Below are positions 11,715 through 21,592 of a stretch of DNA of 64,000 nucleotides, one piece after another. The stretch comes from Candidatus Heteroclostridium caecigallinarum (GTDB taxonomy: Bacteria > Bacillota > Clostridia > Christensenellales > CAG-314). Position numbers and translations under genes: made by a program. Numbering within the stretch: position 1 is the stretch's first letter; every line of letters starts with the position of its first letter. The stretch lies in assembly GCA_904419725.1 (NCBI GenBank), contig CAJFSP010000004.1, forward strand, positions 1,769-65,768. The letters are read 5' to 3'. Under the pieces are notes generated by a model. The model saw only the letters and a list, made by a program, of their open reading frames with translations. It did not search any database and was not told the origin of the DNA.

Positions 11715-12146
11715 ATGAAAAATTATCCATCGAGAAGAAACAATGATTTGGGGTTTGGTTGGTTTGACAACGCTTTTGACGACTTCTTCCGTCCGTTCTA
11801 CGGCTGGGACAGAATGCCTGCAATGAAAACCGATATTCAGGAAAAGGACGGCAAATATCTGCTGGAAGTGGATTTGCCGGGTTATGACAAGAAAGACATC
11901 AACGTCAGCCTGGAAGACGGCTATCTGACCGTTTCGGCAAACACCAACAAGAACGTTGAGGAAAAGGACGAAAACAAAAACTACATCAGGCGTGAAAGGC
12001 AGTTCGGTTCGTGCTCGCGCAGTTTCTACGTCGGCGACGTGAATCAGGAAGATATCTCGGCAAGTTACGACAACGGCATTCTCAACATAAGTTTCCCTAA
12101 AGCGGGCAAACAAATCGAAAGCAAAAAGAACATTGACATCAAGTGA
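11715..12146 (+). CDS. Hsp20/alpha-crystallin small heat-shock protein
   Basis: MKTDIQE, DLPG, RER..G...RSF, ASYDNGIL; GGAGG RBS. Confidence 0.93.
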   Translation: MKNYPSRRNNDLGFGWFDNAFDDFFRPFYGWDRMPAMKTDIQEKDGKYLLEVDLPGYDKKDINVSLEDGYLTVSANTNKNVEEKDENKNYIRRERQFGSCSRSFYVGDVNQEDISASYDNGILNISFPKAGKQIESKKNIDIK

Positions 12147-12188
12147 TTTGTGAGCCTAAAAAAAGGACCGCGGAAGCGGTCTTTTTTT

Positions 12189-13165
12189 TAAGCGTCAGTA
12201 TAAGCGGCATGTCTCGCTTACGCTTCGATATGTCGCTTGGCTAAGGCGGTTAATCTGTCGGGCTGACCCCCTGTCGTGCTGACGCGCACGACATCCCCCT
12301 TGACAAAGGGGGAGAATGAGCGTCATGTCTCGCTTACGCTTCGACATGCCGCTTGACAGAGGCGTTTAATCGGTCGGGCTGACCCCCTGTCGTGATATAA
12401 GCGTCATATCTCGCTTACGCTTCGATATGTCGCTTGGTCAAGGCGTTTAATCGGTAGAACCAACCCCTTGTTTCGCCTGCGGCTCAACATTCCCCTTTGA
12501 AAGGGGAAGAGATAAGCGCCATGTCTTGCTCACGCCGCGACATGTCGCTTGTCTGCGGCGTTTAATAAGCGCCATATCTCGCTTACGCTTCGATATGTCG
12601 CTTGGCTGTGGCGTTTAATAAGCGCCATATCTCGCTTACGCTTCGACATGCCGCTTGTTCAAGGCGTTTAATCGGTAGAACCAACCCTCAGTCACGCCGT
12701 CGGCGTGACGGCTCCCTTGCAAAGGGAGCGCGTTTATTCAAGTGTATTGCCGTAACTTGCTTGCGCTGCGACATGCGGCTTGTCTGCGGCGTTTAATAAG
12801 CGCCATATCTCGCTTACGCTTCGATATGTCGCTTGTTCAAGGCGTTTAATAAGCGCCATATCTCTCTGACGGTCGATATGTCGCTTGTCTGCGGCGTTTA
12901 ATCTGTCGGGCTGATCCCCTGTCGTGCTGACGCGCACGACATCCCCCTTGACAAAGGGGGAGAATAAGCGCCATGTCTTGCTCACGCCGCGACATGTCGC
13001 TTGTCTGCGGCGTTTAATAAGCGCCATATCTCCCTGGCGGTCGATATGTCGCTTGTTCAAGGCGTTTAATCGGTAGAACCAACCCTCAGTCACGCCGATG
13101 GCGTGACGGCTCCCTTTCAAAGGGAGCGGGCGTTTATTCAAGTGTATTGCCGCCTGTCGCGGTCT
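12189..13165. repeat. Mosaic REP/BIME-like hairpin array 1
   Basis: About 10 copies of a 53-nt unit TAAGCGnCATRTC-N13-GAYATGYCGCTTG...GGCGTTTAA, interleaved with three other recurrent double-hairpin modules. Confidence 0.9.
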
Positions 13166-13235
13166 GCCAAAAGCAAACCATGATTTGCCAAATACCATTC
13201 GGCATGTTACAATGTTTTCCGTCAAGGAGGAACAG

Positions 13236-13760
13236 ATGAAGAAGTTTTTTAAGGATTTCAAGGCGTTTATAGCCAAAGGCAACGTCGTGGATATGGCAGT
13301 CGGCGTTATCATAGGCGCGGCGTTCAGCGCCATTGTTACCAGCCTTGTCAACGACATCGTCATGCCGCTCATAAGTCTGGCGGTGGGCGGCGCCAGCGTG
13401 GCGGACTGGAAATGGGTGATTACCGAGGCGGTTTACGACGCTAACGGCGTGCTGGTGACGGCGGAAACGGCTTTGCATTACGGCAATTTTATTCAGGCGA
13501 TTATAGACTTTCTGCTTATCGCGCTGTGTCTTTTCCTGGCGCTTAAAATCATTATGAAACTCAAAAACGGCTCGAAGTTCGAGGCGCTGACCAAAGAAGA
13601 AGTCAAGGCGATGAGAAAAGAGGGCAAGAGTTATCATGAAATTCACGCCGAGGACGCCCGGAAAAAGGCGGAAGCCGAAGCGGCGAAAGCGCCTGCCGAA
13701 ACAACGGAAAGCCTGCTGAAAGACATCAGGGAACTGCTTAAAGAAAAATCGGCGAAATAA
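13236..13760 (+). CDS. mscL: Large-conductance mechanosensitive channel
   Basis: FKAFIAKGNVVDMAVGVIIGAAF, YGNFI, LLKDIRELL. Confidence 0.95.
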   Translation: MKKFFKDFKAFIAKGNVVDMAVGVIIGAAFSAIVTSLVNDIVMPLISLAVGGASVADWKWVITEAVYDANGVLVTAETALHYGNFIQAIIDFLLIALCLFLALKIIMKLKNGSKFEALTKEEVKAMRKEGKSYHEIHAEDARKKAEAEAAKAPAETTESLLKDIRELLKEKSAK

Positions 13761-13795
13761 AAATCGACCGTGCCGGAGCACGGTCTTTTTTTTAT

Positions 13796-14338
13796 TTATA
13801 CCGCCTGACTTTTAATTACCGAAAAGGTCAGGTTGCTTGCCGTTACGCCGCCGTTAGGCGCCGTGGCGAGCGTGACGCCCACCGAGCCGCTTTGCGACAG
13901 AAACACCGTGGCGCCGCCGCTTGCCCTGTAAGGCACGCCCGCCGTCACCGTGTGATTGACAGTCGTTGCCGGCATGCCCGTTATCTGTGTGGAAAAGGAG
14001 CCGCTCTGGGCGCTTGTGACGTCGAAAGAATAGTTCACCCTGTACCAGCCGCTCTGCGCCGCCACCACGCGGGCGCCCGCTTCGTCGTAATACAGTCCGA
14101 CGCCCTGTCTGCCGACAAGCGCGCCCAGGGCGAAGTTTTGCCCCTGGAGCGCCGTCTGCGCCGCGGCGTTAAACGTGGCTATCGACTGCGCCGTCGGTAC
14201 CGAAGGCGACGGGACGTAACCGGTGTAGCCGTTAGGCAGAATTATAAAACGTATATACTGCGTGGTAAAATAGTTGCACCAACGCATCTGCCGCCCGGGA
14301 TAATTGGGGCGGCAGCATTGCCATCTGAAACAGCACAT
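13796..14338 (-). CDS. Hypothetical protein, possible spore coat/exosporium (BclA-CTD-like beta-sandwich)
   Basis: AGGAGG RBS, Cys-rich N-terminus, GWYRVNYS beta-rich domain, SigK-like promoter upstream. Confidence 0.55.
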   Translation of the reverse strand: MCCFRWQCCRPNYPGRQMRWCNYFTTQYIRFIILPNGYTGYVPSPSVPTAQSIATFNAAAQTALQGQNFALGALVGRQGVGLYYDEAGARVVAAQSGWYRVNYSFDVTSAQSGSFSTQITGMPATTVNHTVTAGVPYRASGGATVFLSQSGSVGVTLATAPNGGVTASNLTFSVIKSQAV

Positions 14339-14530
14339 AAAAAATACCTCCTTTTTTATGTAGGCAAAACACCGTCCCGGTGTATCTTATGAAAAGGCGC
14401 GGAAATAAGTGCCGCTTCAAACGTGAACAGCGGGTCGTTAAAAATGAGTTTTTTTATTAAATTTTCATTATTTGCTCGACAAGGCGGCGGCGCTTCACTA
14501 TAATAGGGGGGAAGCGACCTGGGAGGTAAT

Positions 14531-16240
14531 ATGCTAATCAAAAAAATCAACTACATCATCATGGCGTGCGTGCTTGTGATAGGCGTCGCGCTGGGCGCGT
14601 GTATAATGTGCCTGCCGTCATCGTCGGCAGACACAAGCGGATTTTCCGCCGAAAACGCCGCCGGATATCTCAAAGAGATAAGCAAAAAACCACATTCGGT
14701 TTTTGACGAGGAAAATCACGAGGAAGTGCGGCAGTATCTGCTGACCACTCTCCGGGACATGGGCTATGAAGTGGAAGAACACAACTGGACGCCGGAAGAG
14801 CACGGGTTCAGCGACAATCTCAGCCCCGAAGGGCTGCTGGATGAAGACCGCCCCGTTGAATACGACGTCAAAAACCTGTGGGTAAAGATACCCGGCAAAA
14901 GCGACACTGGCATGCTGATTATGGCGCACTACGACTCGCGCGGGCACGCTACCCGCACCGGTGAAATACCCGGCTCGTACGGCGCCGCCGACGACGGCTA
15001 CGGCGTGTCGGTTCTGCTGGAAATAGCCCGTCTTTACAAAGACGTGCCGCAAAGCGCCCTTGAAAACAGTATTTATCTGTGCTTCGCCGACGCCGAGGAA
15101 ACGGGCATGTACGGCTCCAAACTGGAAGCCATGCACAACGAAACGCTCAAAAACAACGTCAACTTTGTGATGAACGTGGAAGCCAGGGGCGTCAAGGGGC
15201 CTGTGTATATGTTCGAGACCAGCACAAACAACCGCAACGTAATCCGGCTGTATAAAAACGCCGACATGCCGTTTGCCTATTCGCTGGCGACGGCGGTGTA
15301 CACGGTTATGCCTAACTTTACCGACTTTACGTCCATGCTGGAAATAGGCAAAGCCGGCATCAACTTCGCCGTGCTGGATAATCTGTATTATTATCACACG
15401 CCGGAAGACAATTTCAGCAACATAAACAAAAACAGCCTGCAACATTACGGCAGTCAGATTATGCCGATAATAAAAGAATACACCACCAACGCCGCGTATT
15501 CCGACATGGATTATTTCGAGGCGGGGGAAGACAGCGTGTTTTTCAACATTCTGCCTACCGTGATGGCGGTGTACACCGAAACGGCGGGCATAGTGTTTGC
15601 CGTGCTGGCGGCTCTGCTGTTCGCGGCGGCGGCGTTTTTCCTGGTGAAAAAGGGCAAAATACGCCTTAAACACACGCTCATCGCCGTCGGCGTAATATTC
15701 GCCGCCATGCTTGGCGCGGCGGCGTTCGGCTTCGTGCTGTCGTATCTTGTGGCGCTCATCGGCGGCGTGCCGTGGAAACTCACCTACATCAGGGTGCCGC
15801 TGTCCGGCATACCGTTTGCGCTGTCGCTCATAGTGGTGCTGGGACTGCTGCTGTGGTTCGCCATAAGGAAAAACGGCAAAAACAGCTTCTTCAAGTGGGA
15901 GTATCTCACGGCGGGGGCGTTCATCTCGCTGCTGCTGGCGCTAATCACCACGTTCGCCCTGGTTGGCGCGTCGTTCCTGTTCCTGTGGCCGGCGGTGCTT
16001 GCTTCGATAGTCATGCTGGTAAACGCCTTTACAGGCAACTATTACATTGGTCACGCGCTAATGTCGCTGTGCTCGCTGGTGATTCTGCTGCTCAACGTGC
16101 CTATTCTCTATTCGCTGCTTCTGGCGGTCACGACGGGCGGCCTGCTCGCCGTAAATCTGCTGTTTGTGGTCGCTCTCGCCATAATGATACCTGTGGCGCT
16201 TGCGCAGAAAGACCTGACAATAAAAAAGGCGGCGGAATAA
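14531..16240 (+). CDS. M28 family membrane peptidase
   Basis: AHYDS, GAADDG, DAEE, EARG, YYHT zinc motifs plus C-terminal TM helices. Confidence 0.88.
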   Translation: MLIKKINYIIMACVLVIGVALGACIMCLPSSSADTSGFSAENAAGYLKEISKKPHSVFDEENHEEVRQYLLTTLRDMGYEVEEHNWTPEEHGFSDNLSPEGLLDEDRPVEYDVKNLWVKIPGKSDTGMLIMAHYDSRGHATRTGEIPGSYGAADDGYGVSVLLEIARLYKDVPQSALENSIYLCFADAEETGMYGSKLEAMHNETLKNNVNFVMNVEARGVKGPVYMFETSTNNRNVIRLYKNADMPFAYSLATAVYTVMPNFTDFTSMLEIGKAGINFAVLDNLYYYHTPEDNFSNINKNSLQHYGSQIMPIIKEYTTNAAYSDMDYFEAGEDSVFFNILPTVMAVYTETAGIVFAVLAALLFAAAAFFLVKKGKIRLKHTLIAVGVIFAAMLGAAAFGFVLSYLVALIGGVPWKLTYIRVPLSGIPFALSLIVVLGLLLWFAIRKNGKNSFFKWEYLTAGAFISLLLALITTFALVGASFLFLWPAVLASIVMLVNAFTGNYYIGHALMSLCSLVILLLNVPILYSLLLAVTTGGLLAVNLLFVVALAIMIPVALAQKDLTIKKAAE

Positions 16241-16287
16241 AAACAAACAAAAAAGACGGCTTTCGCCGTCTTTTTTTTTATGCCGTG

Positions 16288-17022
16288 TTATTTTATTTCA
16301 TCCGTGCCGTACCACAGCGGCATGCGGCGTTTGTGCGCCGTGCGGCTGCCGGCGGCGTCGACTTTGGCTTTTACGTCTTTGTCGGCTTCGCCCGTCAGGA
16401 TGTATCTGTCGAGCTGGGCGTATGTCAGCCCCATTTCTTCCTCGTCGGTCTGCCCGTCCCACAGACCCGCCGAAGGGGCCTTTGTGATGATTGACTCCGG
16501 CGCGCCGAGATATTTCAAAAATTCGAAAATCTCGCTCGCGGTCAGGTCGGCAATCGGGTTGAAATCGCAGGCGCCGTCGCCCCATTTGGTGAAATAGCCC
16601 ATTGTGATTTCCGACCTGTTGCCCGTGCCCGCCACAAGTCTGTTTTCCTGCTGTGCCACGGCGTACAGCGTAATCATGCGCACGCGGGGGTTGACGTTGG
16701 CAAGGGCGAGTTCCGCCGTGACGCCGGGCAAAGCTTCGATAACGGCATTCTTTATCGGCGTGACGTCCACCACGCGGCACTCTATGCCGAATTTTTCCGC
16801 CAGAGCCTCGCCGTCGATTTTGTCCACCGTGTAGTTGCGGCCGCTCTGGCACGGCATGATGAGCCCCACGGTGTTGTCGCAGGCTTTTTTGCACAAGATG
16901 CCCACAAGCGCCGAGTCTTTGCCGCCGCTGTTGCCGAACACCACGCCGTTTGCCCCGGCGGCCGCCAAAGCGGCTTGTATCCATTTTACCCTGTTTTCCG
17001 TTTCGGTTTTCCAGTTTCTCAT
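16288..17022 (-). CDS. nadE: NH3-dependent NAD+ synthetase
   Basis: SGGKDS, RVRM, GYFTKWGDG, PSAGLW.GQTDE, HKR. Confidence 0.95.
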   Translation of the reverse strand: MRNWKTETENRVKWIQAALAAAGANGVVFGNSGGKDSALVGILCKKACDNTVGLIMPCQSGRNYTVDKIDGEALAEKFGIECRVVDVTPIKNAVIEALPGVTAELALANVNPRVRMITLYAVAQQENRLVAGTGNRSEITMGYFTKWGDGACDFNPIADLTASEIFEFLKYLGAPESIITKAPSAGLWDGQTDEEEMGLTYAQLDRYILTGEADKDVKAKVDAAGSRTAHKRRMPLWYGTDEIK

Positions 17023-17132
17023 AACGGCTCCTTTTTATTATTTTACTATTTCCCGCCGCCGATGTAAAGCGGCAAAACGATATTGACACGGAGGGGTTTA
17101 TGGTGGATAATATCTGTTACGGAGGGCTTTTT

Positions 17133-17825
17133 ATGAAAATAGCCGGCATTCAGAAACTGTCGCTGGTGGACTATCCCGGCAAGACATGCTGCACGGTGTT
17201 TACGGCGGGGTGCGATTTGCGCTGCCCGTTTTGCCACAACGCCTCGCTGGTGACGCATATAGAAGACGACCCGCTTCCCGAGGCGGAAGTCATGGATTTT
17301 CTCAAAAGACGGGTGGGGCTGTTGCAGGCGGTTACCATAAGCGGCGGCGAACCGCTGCTGCAAAGCGGCGTGGAACAATTCGCCGCAAGCGTGAAAGAAA
17401 TGGGGTATCTCGTCAAACTGGACACCAACGGCACTTTCCCGGATAAACTCAAAGCGCTTGTCGGTAGCGGCGTAATAGACTTTGTGGCGATGGATATCAA
17501 AAACAGTAGGCGCAAATACGCCGTGACGTCGGGCGTGAAAAATCTCGACCTTAAACCCATTGAGGAAAGCGTGGAATTTCTCAAAAGCGGCGCCGTGCCG
17601 TATGAGTTCCGCACCACCGTTGTGCGGGAGTTTCACACGGCGGAGGATTTCGCAGAAATCGCGGAGTGGCTGGGGGACGTGCCGGCTTATTATTTGCAGC
17701 AGTTCGTCAACTCCGGCGACCTTATAGACGGCGGCGTGCGCGGATACGACGCGGCTGAGATGAAAACGCTGCTGGAAGAAGTGAAAAAGTATATACCGAA
17801 CGCCCGTCTCAGAGGTGTGGCGTGA
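17133..17825 (+). CDS. nrdG: Anaerobic ribonucleotide reductase activase (radical SAM)
   Basis: SLVDYPG, CDLRCPFCHN, SGGEP, DTNG; close to nrdD. Confidence 0.9.
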   Translation: MKIAGIQKLSLVDYPGKTCCTVFTAGCDLRCPFCHNASLVTHIEDDPLPEAEVMDFLKRRVGLLQAVTISGGEPLLQSGVEQFAASVKEMGYLVKLDTNGTFPDKLKALVGSGVIDFVAMDIKNSRRKYAVTSGVKNLDLKPIEESVEFLKSGAVPYEFRTTVVREFHTAEDFAEIAEWLGDVPAYYLQQFVNSGDLIDGGVRGYDAAEMKTLLEEVKKYIPNARLRGVA

Positions 17826-18463
17826 CGCGAACCGCGGAAGAAAAAACGCCCAAAAGCCTTTACGGCTATGAACTTGCCTATCTCGGCGTGCTGGCGGTCG
17901 TAACGGCGTTTATAGGCTGGCTGGCGGAAAATTTCGGATGTCTGGTCTTTGACGGGCGCATTGACAGCAGATATCACATACTTCCGCTTATTCCGCCTTA
18001 CGCCCTTATTCCGGTGGCCGCCGCCGTCATATTCGGCGACCCCGACAGGTGGACGTTTTTCGGCAGACGGGTGTTCAAAAAAGACACGGCGGCAAGTAAA
18101 ATATTGTCCAACCTGTGCGTGCTGGTCATCTGCTGCGCCGTGGTATTTATCGGCGAGTTCTGCGCGGGCAATCTTTACGAAATACTCTTCGGCGAGGTGC
18201 TCTGGAATTATTCATCCCAGCCGCTGAGTTTCGGCAAATACAACGCCATTATACCCACCGTCGGCTACGGCGGCGGGGCGTGGCTGCTGATGAAGTTCGT
18301 CTACAAACCGCTGATGGACGTAATGCGGCGAAAACTGCGGTATAAAACCGCCGTGATTATCTGCGCGGCGGTTCTGCCGCTCATGCTGGCGGACGCCGCC
18401 GCCATGCTGATTCAGACGGCGACGGCGGGCGCGCCCATGTACTGGCGGCTGGATATTTTTTAA
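17822..18463 (+). CDS. Putative ABC-transporter permease-like membrane protein (DUF1113/CmpB-like)
   Basis: AFIGWLAE, P..PPY, LWNYS motifs; hydrophobic. Confidence 0.65.
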   Translation: MTRTAEEKTPKSLYGYELAYLGVLAVVTAFIGWLAENFGCLVFDGRIDSRYHILPLIPPYALIPVAAAVIFGDPDRWTFFGRRVFKKDTAASKILSNLCVLVICCAVVFIGEFCAGNLYEILFGEVLWNYSSQPLSFGKYNAIIPTVGYGGGAWLLMKFVYKPLMDVMRRKLRYKTAVIICAAVLPLMLADAAAMLIQTATAGAPMYWRLDIF

Positions 18464-18496
18464 CGGGCGGGCGAGAAAAATTTCCGCGCCGGCGGC

Positions 18497-18663
18497 ACAC
18501 AATATATAGTGATTCAAAAAAGACGGCTTTGCCGTCTTTTTTGCCCCGAAACGCGCGAAAACAGCCTCAAATGTGTGTTTTCGGCGTGAATCGGCGCCTG
18601 CGCTCGGATAATCAAACCGCAATATATTGATTGTTAAGAAAAAAATTTTACTATATCTTGTGA
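18497..18663 (+). promoter_or_regulatory. NrdR boxes (three)
   Basis: ACACAATATATAGTGA (18497), CCGCAATATATTGATT (18617), TTACTATATCTTGTGA (18648); the last two are 31 bp apart just ahead of the nrdD promoter. Confidence 0.8.
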
Positions 18664-18741
18664 TTTTGCTATTGACAAGGCGATATATTAGTGATATCGT
18701 TGAAAGGCAATCAAAATACGACAACAAGGAGAGAGGGAGAG

Positions 18742-21114
18742 ATGTACAGAGTAGTCAAAAGAGACGGTCAGAAAGTGGATTTCGACATAAGCAAAATCAG
18801 TCAGGCGATTACAAAGGCGTTTGAGGCGCAGAATAAGGAATATCACCCGAGCGTGATAGACCTCATCGCGCTCAAAGTCACCGCCGATTTCGAAAATAAA
18901 ATCAAAGACGGTTTCATCGCCGTGGAAGACATTCAGGACAGCGTCGAGCAGGTGCTGATTCAGGCGGGTTATGCCGACATCGCCAAGGCGTATATACTTT
19001 ACAGAAAAAACAGGGAAAAAATCCGCAACATGAAGTCCACCATTCTGGACTACAAAGAAATCGTGAACAGTTACGTCAAGGCGCAGGACTGGCGCGTAAA
19101 GGAAAACGCTACCGTTACTTATTCGGTGGGCGGTCTTATCCTGTCCAACAGCGGCGCAATCACCGCCAACTACTGGCTGTCGGAAATTTACGATGAGGAA
19201 ATTGCCAACGCCCACCGCAACGCCGACATCCACATCCACGACCTGTCCATGCTGACGGGCTACTGCGCGGGCTGGTCTCTCAAACAACTCATTCAGGAAG
19301 GTCTGGGCGGCATCCCGGGCAAAATCACTTCCGCCCCGGCGAAACATCTTGCCACGCTGTGCAACCAGATGGTCAACTTTTTGGGCATCATGCAAAACGA
19401 GTGGGCGGGCGCGCAGGCTTTCTCTTCCTTCGACACATATCTCGCGCCGTTCGTCAAGACGGACAACCTTACTTACGAAGAAGTCAAAAAGTGCGTGGAA
19501 TCCTTTATATACGGCGTGAACACTCCTAGCCGCTGGGGCACGCAGTCGCCTTTCTCCAACATCACGCTGGACTGGACCGTGCCAAACGACCTTGCCGAAC
19601 TCAACGCGATTGTCGGCGGCAAAGAGATGGACTTCAAGTACAAAGACTGCCAGAAAGAAATGGATATGGTCAACAAAGCCTTTATCGAAGTCATGATTGA
19701 AGGCGACGCCAACGGCAGGGGCTTCCAGTATCCTATCCCTACTTATTCCATCACCAAGGATTTCGACTGGTCGGAAACGGAAAACAACCGTCTGCTGTTT
19801 GAAATGACCGCCAAATACGGCACGCCTTATTTCTCCAACTATATCAACAGCGACATGCAGCCTAGCGACGTCAGGAGCATGTGCTGCCGTCTGCGTCTCG
19901 ACCTCAGGGAACTGCGCAAAAAATCCGGCGGCTTCTTCGGCAGCGGCGAAAGTACCGGCTCGGTGGGCGTTGTCACCATCAATATGCCAAGGATAGCCTA
20001 CCTCGCCAAGGACGAAGCCGACTTTTACAGAAGACTCGACAAACTCATGGATATCTCGGCGCGTTCGCTCAAAGTGAAACGCACCATCATCACCAAACTG
20101 CTGGACGAAGGGCTTTATCCTTACACCAAGAGATATCTGGGCACCTTCAACAACCATTTCTCGACAATCGGGCTGGTGGGCATGAACGAAGCGGGGCTCA
20201 ACGCCAAATGGCTGCGCAAAGACCTGACCCACAAAGAAACGCAGGAATTTACCCGCAACGTGCTTAACCACATGAGGGAAAGACTCTCGGACTATCAGGA
20301 GCAGTACGGCGACCTGTATAACCTTGAAGCGACGCCTGCCGAATCCACGGCTTACCGCCTCGCCAAACACGACGTGGCGAAGTACCCTGACATCATCACC
20401 GCGGCGGAGGGCAGCGGCACGCCTTATTACACCAACAGCTCGCACCTGCCTGTAAGTTTCACCGACGACGTGTTTGCCGCGCTGGACATTCAGGACAAAT
20501 TGCAGACGCTTTACACGTCGGGCACGGTGTTCCACACCTTCCTTGGCGAAAAACTGCCTGACTGGAGAGCGGCGGCAAACCTGGTCAGAACCATCGCCGA
20601 AAATTACGAACTGCCTTACTACACCATTTCGCCGACATACTCCGTCTGCAAAGACCACGGCTATCTCGCCGGCGAACAGTACACCTGCCCGATTTGCGGC
20701 GGCAAGACGGAAGTCAACAGCCGCATTACGGGGTATTACAGACCGGTGCAGAACTGGAACGACGGCAAAGCGCAGGAGTTTAAGGACAGAAAAGAATACA
20801 ACGTCATGACAAGCAAACTGACGCACAAAAAGAACGCGGCGGCGAAAATCGACGTCAAAAACTTTGACATGAACGACGGCACCGCCAAACAGATTTTGCT
20901 GTTTACCGCAAAAAACTGCCCTAACTGCAAACTCGCCAAAAACTTCTTGAATGAAGTCGGCATTAAATACAGAGATATAGACGCCGAAGAAAATGTCGCG
21001 CTTGCCGAAAAATACGGCGTGGAACTGGCGCCTACCATGGTGGTCGTGAGCGGCGACAAAACGCAAAAAGTCTCCAACGCTTCGGAAATAAGGAAGTTTG
21101 TGGAAAACAGATAA
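18742..21114 (+). CDS. nrdD: Class III ribonucleoside-triphosphate reductase with N-terminal ATP-cone and C-terminal glutaredoxin-like domain
   Basis: VVKRDG ATP-cone, IHIHDL, SMCCRL, RITGYYR glycyl-radical loop, C-terminal CPNC...APT. Confidence 0.95.
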   Translation: MYRVVKRDGQKVDFDISKISQAITKAFEAQNKEYHPSVIDLIALKVTADFENKIKDGFIAVEDIQDSVEQVLIQAGYADIAKAYILYRKNREKIRNMKSTILDYKEIVNSYVKAQDWRVKENATVTYSVGGLILSNSGAITANYWLSEIYDEEIANAHRNADIHIHDLSMLTGYCAGWSLKQLIQEGLGGIPGKITSAPAKHLATLCNQMVNFLGIMQNEWAGAQAFSSFDTYLAPFVKTDNLTYEEVKKCVESFIYGVNTPSRWGTQSPFSNITLDWTVPNDLAELNAIVGGKEMDFKYKDCQKEMDMVNKAFIEVMIEGDANGRGFQYPIPTYSITKDFDWSETENNRLLFEMTAKYGTPYFSNYINSDMQPSDVRSMCCRLRLDLRELRKKSGGFFGSGESTGSVGVVTINMPRIAYLAKDEADFYRRLDKLMDISARSLKVKRTIITKLLDEGLYPYTKRYLGTFNNHFSTIGLVGMNEAGLNAKWLRKDLTHKETQEFTRNVLNHMRERLSDYQEQYGDLYNLEATPAESTAYRLAKHDVAKYPDIITAAEGSGTPYYTNSSHLPVSFTDDVFAALDIQDKLQTLYTSGTVFHTFLGEKLPDWRAAANLVRTIAENYELPYYTISPTYSVCKDHGYLAGEQYTCPICGGKTEVNSRITGYYRPVQNWNDGKAQEFKDRKEYNVMTSKLTHKKNAAAKIDVKNFDMNDGTAKQILLFTAKNCPNCKLAKNFLNEVGIKYRDIDAEENVALAEKYGVELAPTMVVVSGDKTQKVSNASEIRKFVENR

Positions 21115-21520
21115 GCGTCATGTCTTGCTCACGCTTCGATATGTCGCTTGGCTGCGGCGTTTACAAAGTAGAACCAACCCCTTGTTTCGCCTGCGGCTCA
21201 ACATTCCCCTTTGAAAGGGGAAGAGATAAGCGCCATATCTCCCTGGCGGTCGATATGCCGCTTGGCTGCGGCGGTTAATCTGTCGGACTAACCCCCTGTC
21301 GTGATATAAGCGTCATGTCTTGCTCACGCCGCGACATGCCGCTTGGCTAAGGCGGTTAATAAGCGACATATCTCGCTTGCGCTTCGATATGTCGCTTGTT
21401 CAAGGCGTTTAATAAGCGCCATATCTCGCTTACGCGTCGATATGTCGCTTGTTCAAGGCGTTTAATCGGTAGAACCAACCCTCGGTCACGCCGACGGGGC
21501 TTCCTTTGAAAAGGGGCTGG
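21112..21520. repeat. Mosaic REP/BIME-like hairpin array 2
   Basis: Five copies of the same 53-nt unit plus the same accessory modules; begins on the nrdD stop codon. Confidence 0.9.
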
Positions 21521-21592
21521 CGTCGGAGCGGGCAACGCGTTGAAAAATTAAAGATAAAAAAACGCTCCCGAAAGGGAGCGTTTTTGCCGCCG

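Noticed and set aside
12189-13165. Repeat arrays as CRISPR
   Set aside because: Intervening sequences are reused modules rather than unique spacers, spacing is irregular, and there are no cas genes in the window.
12734-13372. ORFs running through the repeat arrays (also 45283-45507) and 32633-33088
   Set aside because: Translations merely mirror the DNA repeats; no RBS or protein motifs.
18688-21066. Long antisense ORFs (e.g. 49-2283, 8938-11283, 18688-21066, 27692-29326)
   Set aside because: They shadow well-supported genes on the opposite strand, as expected with GC-rich codon bias.
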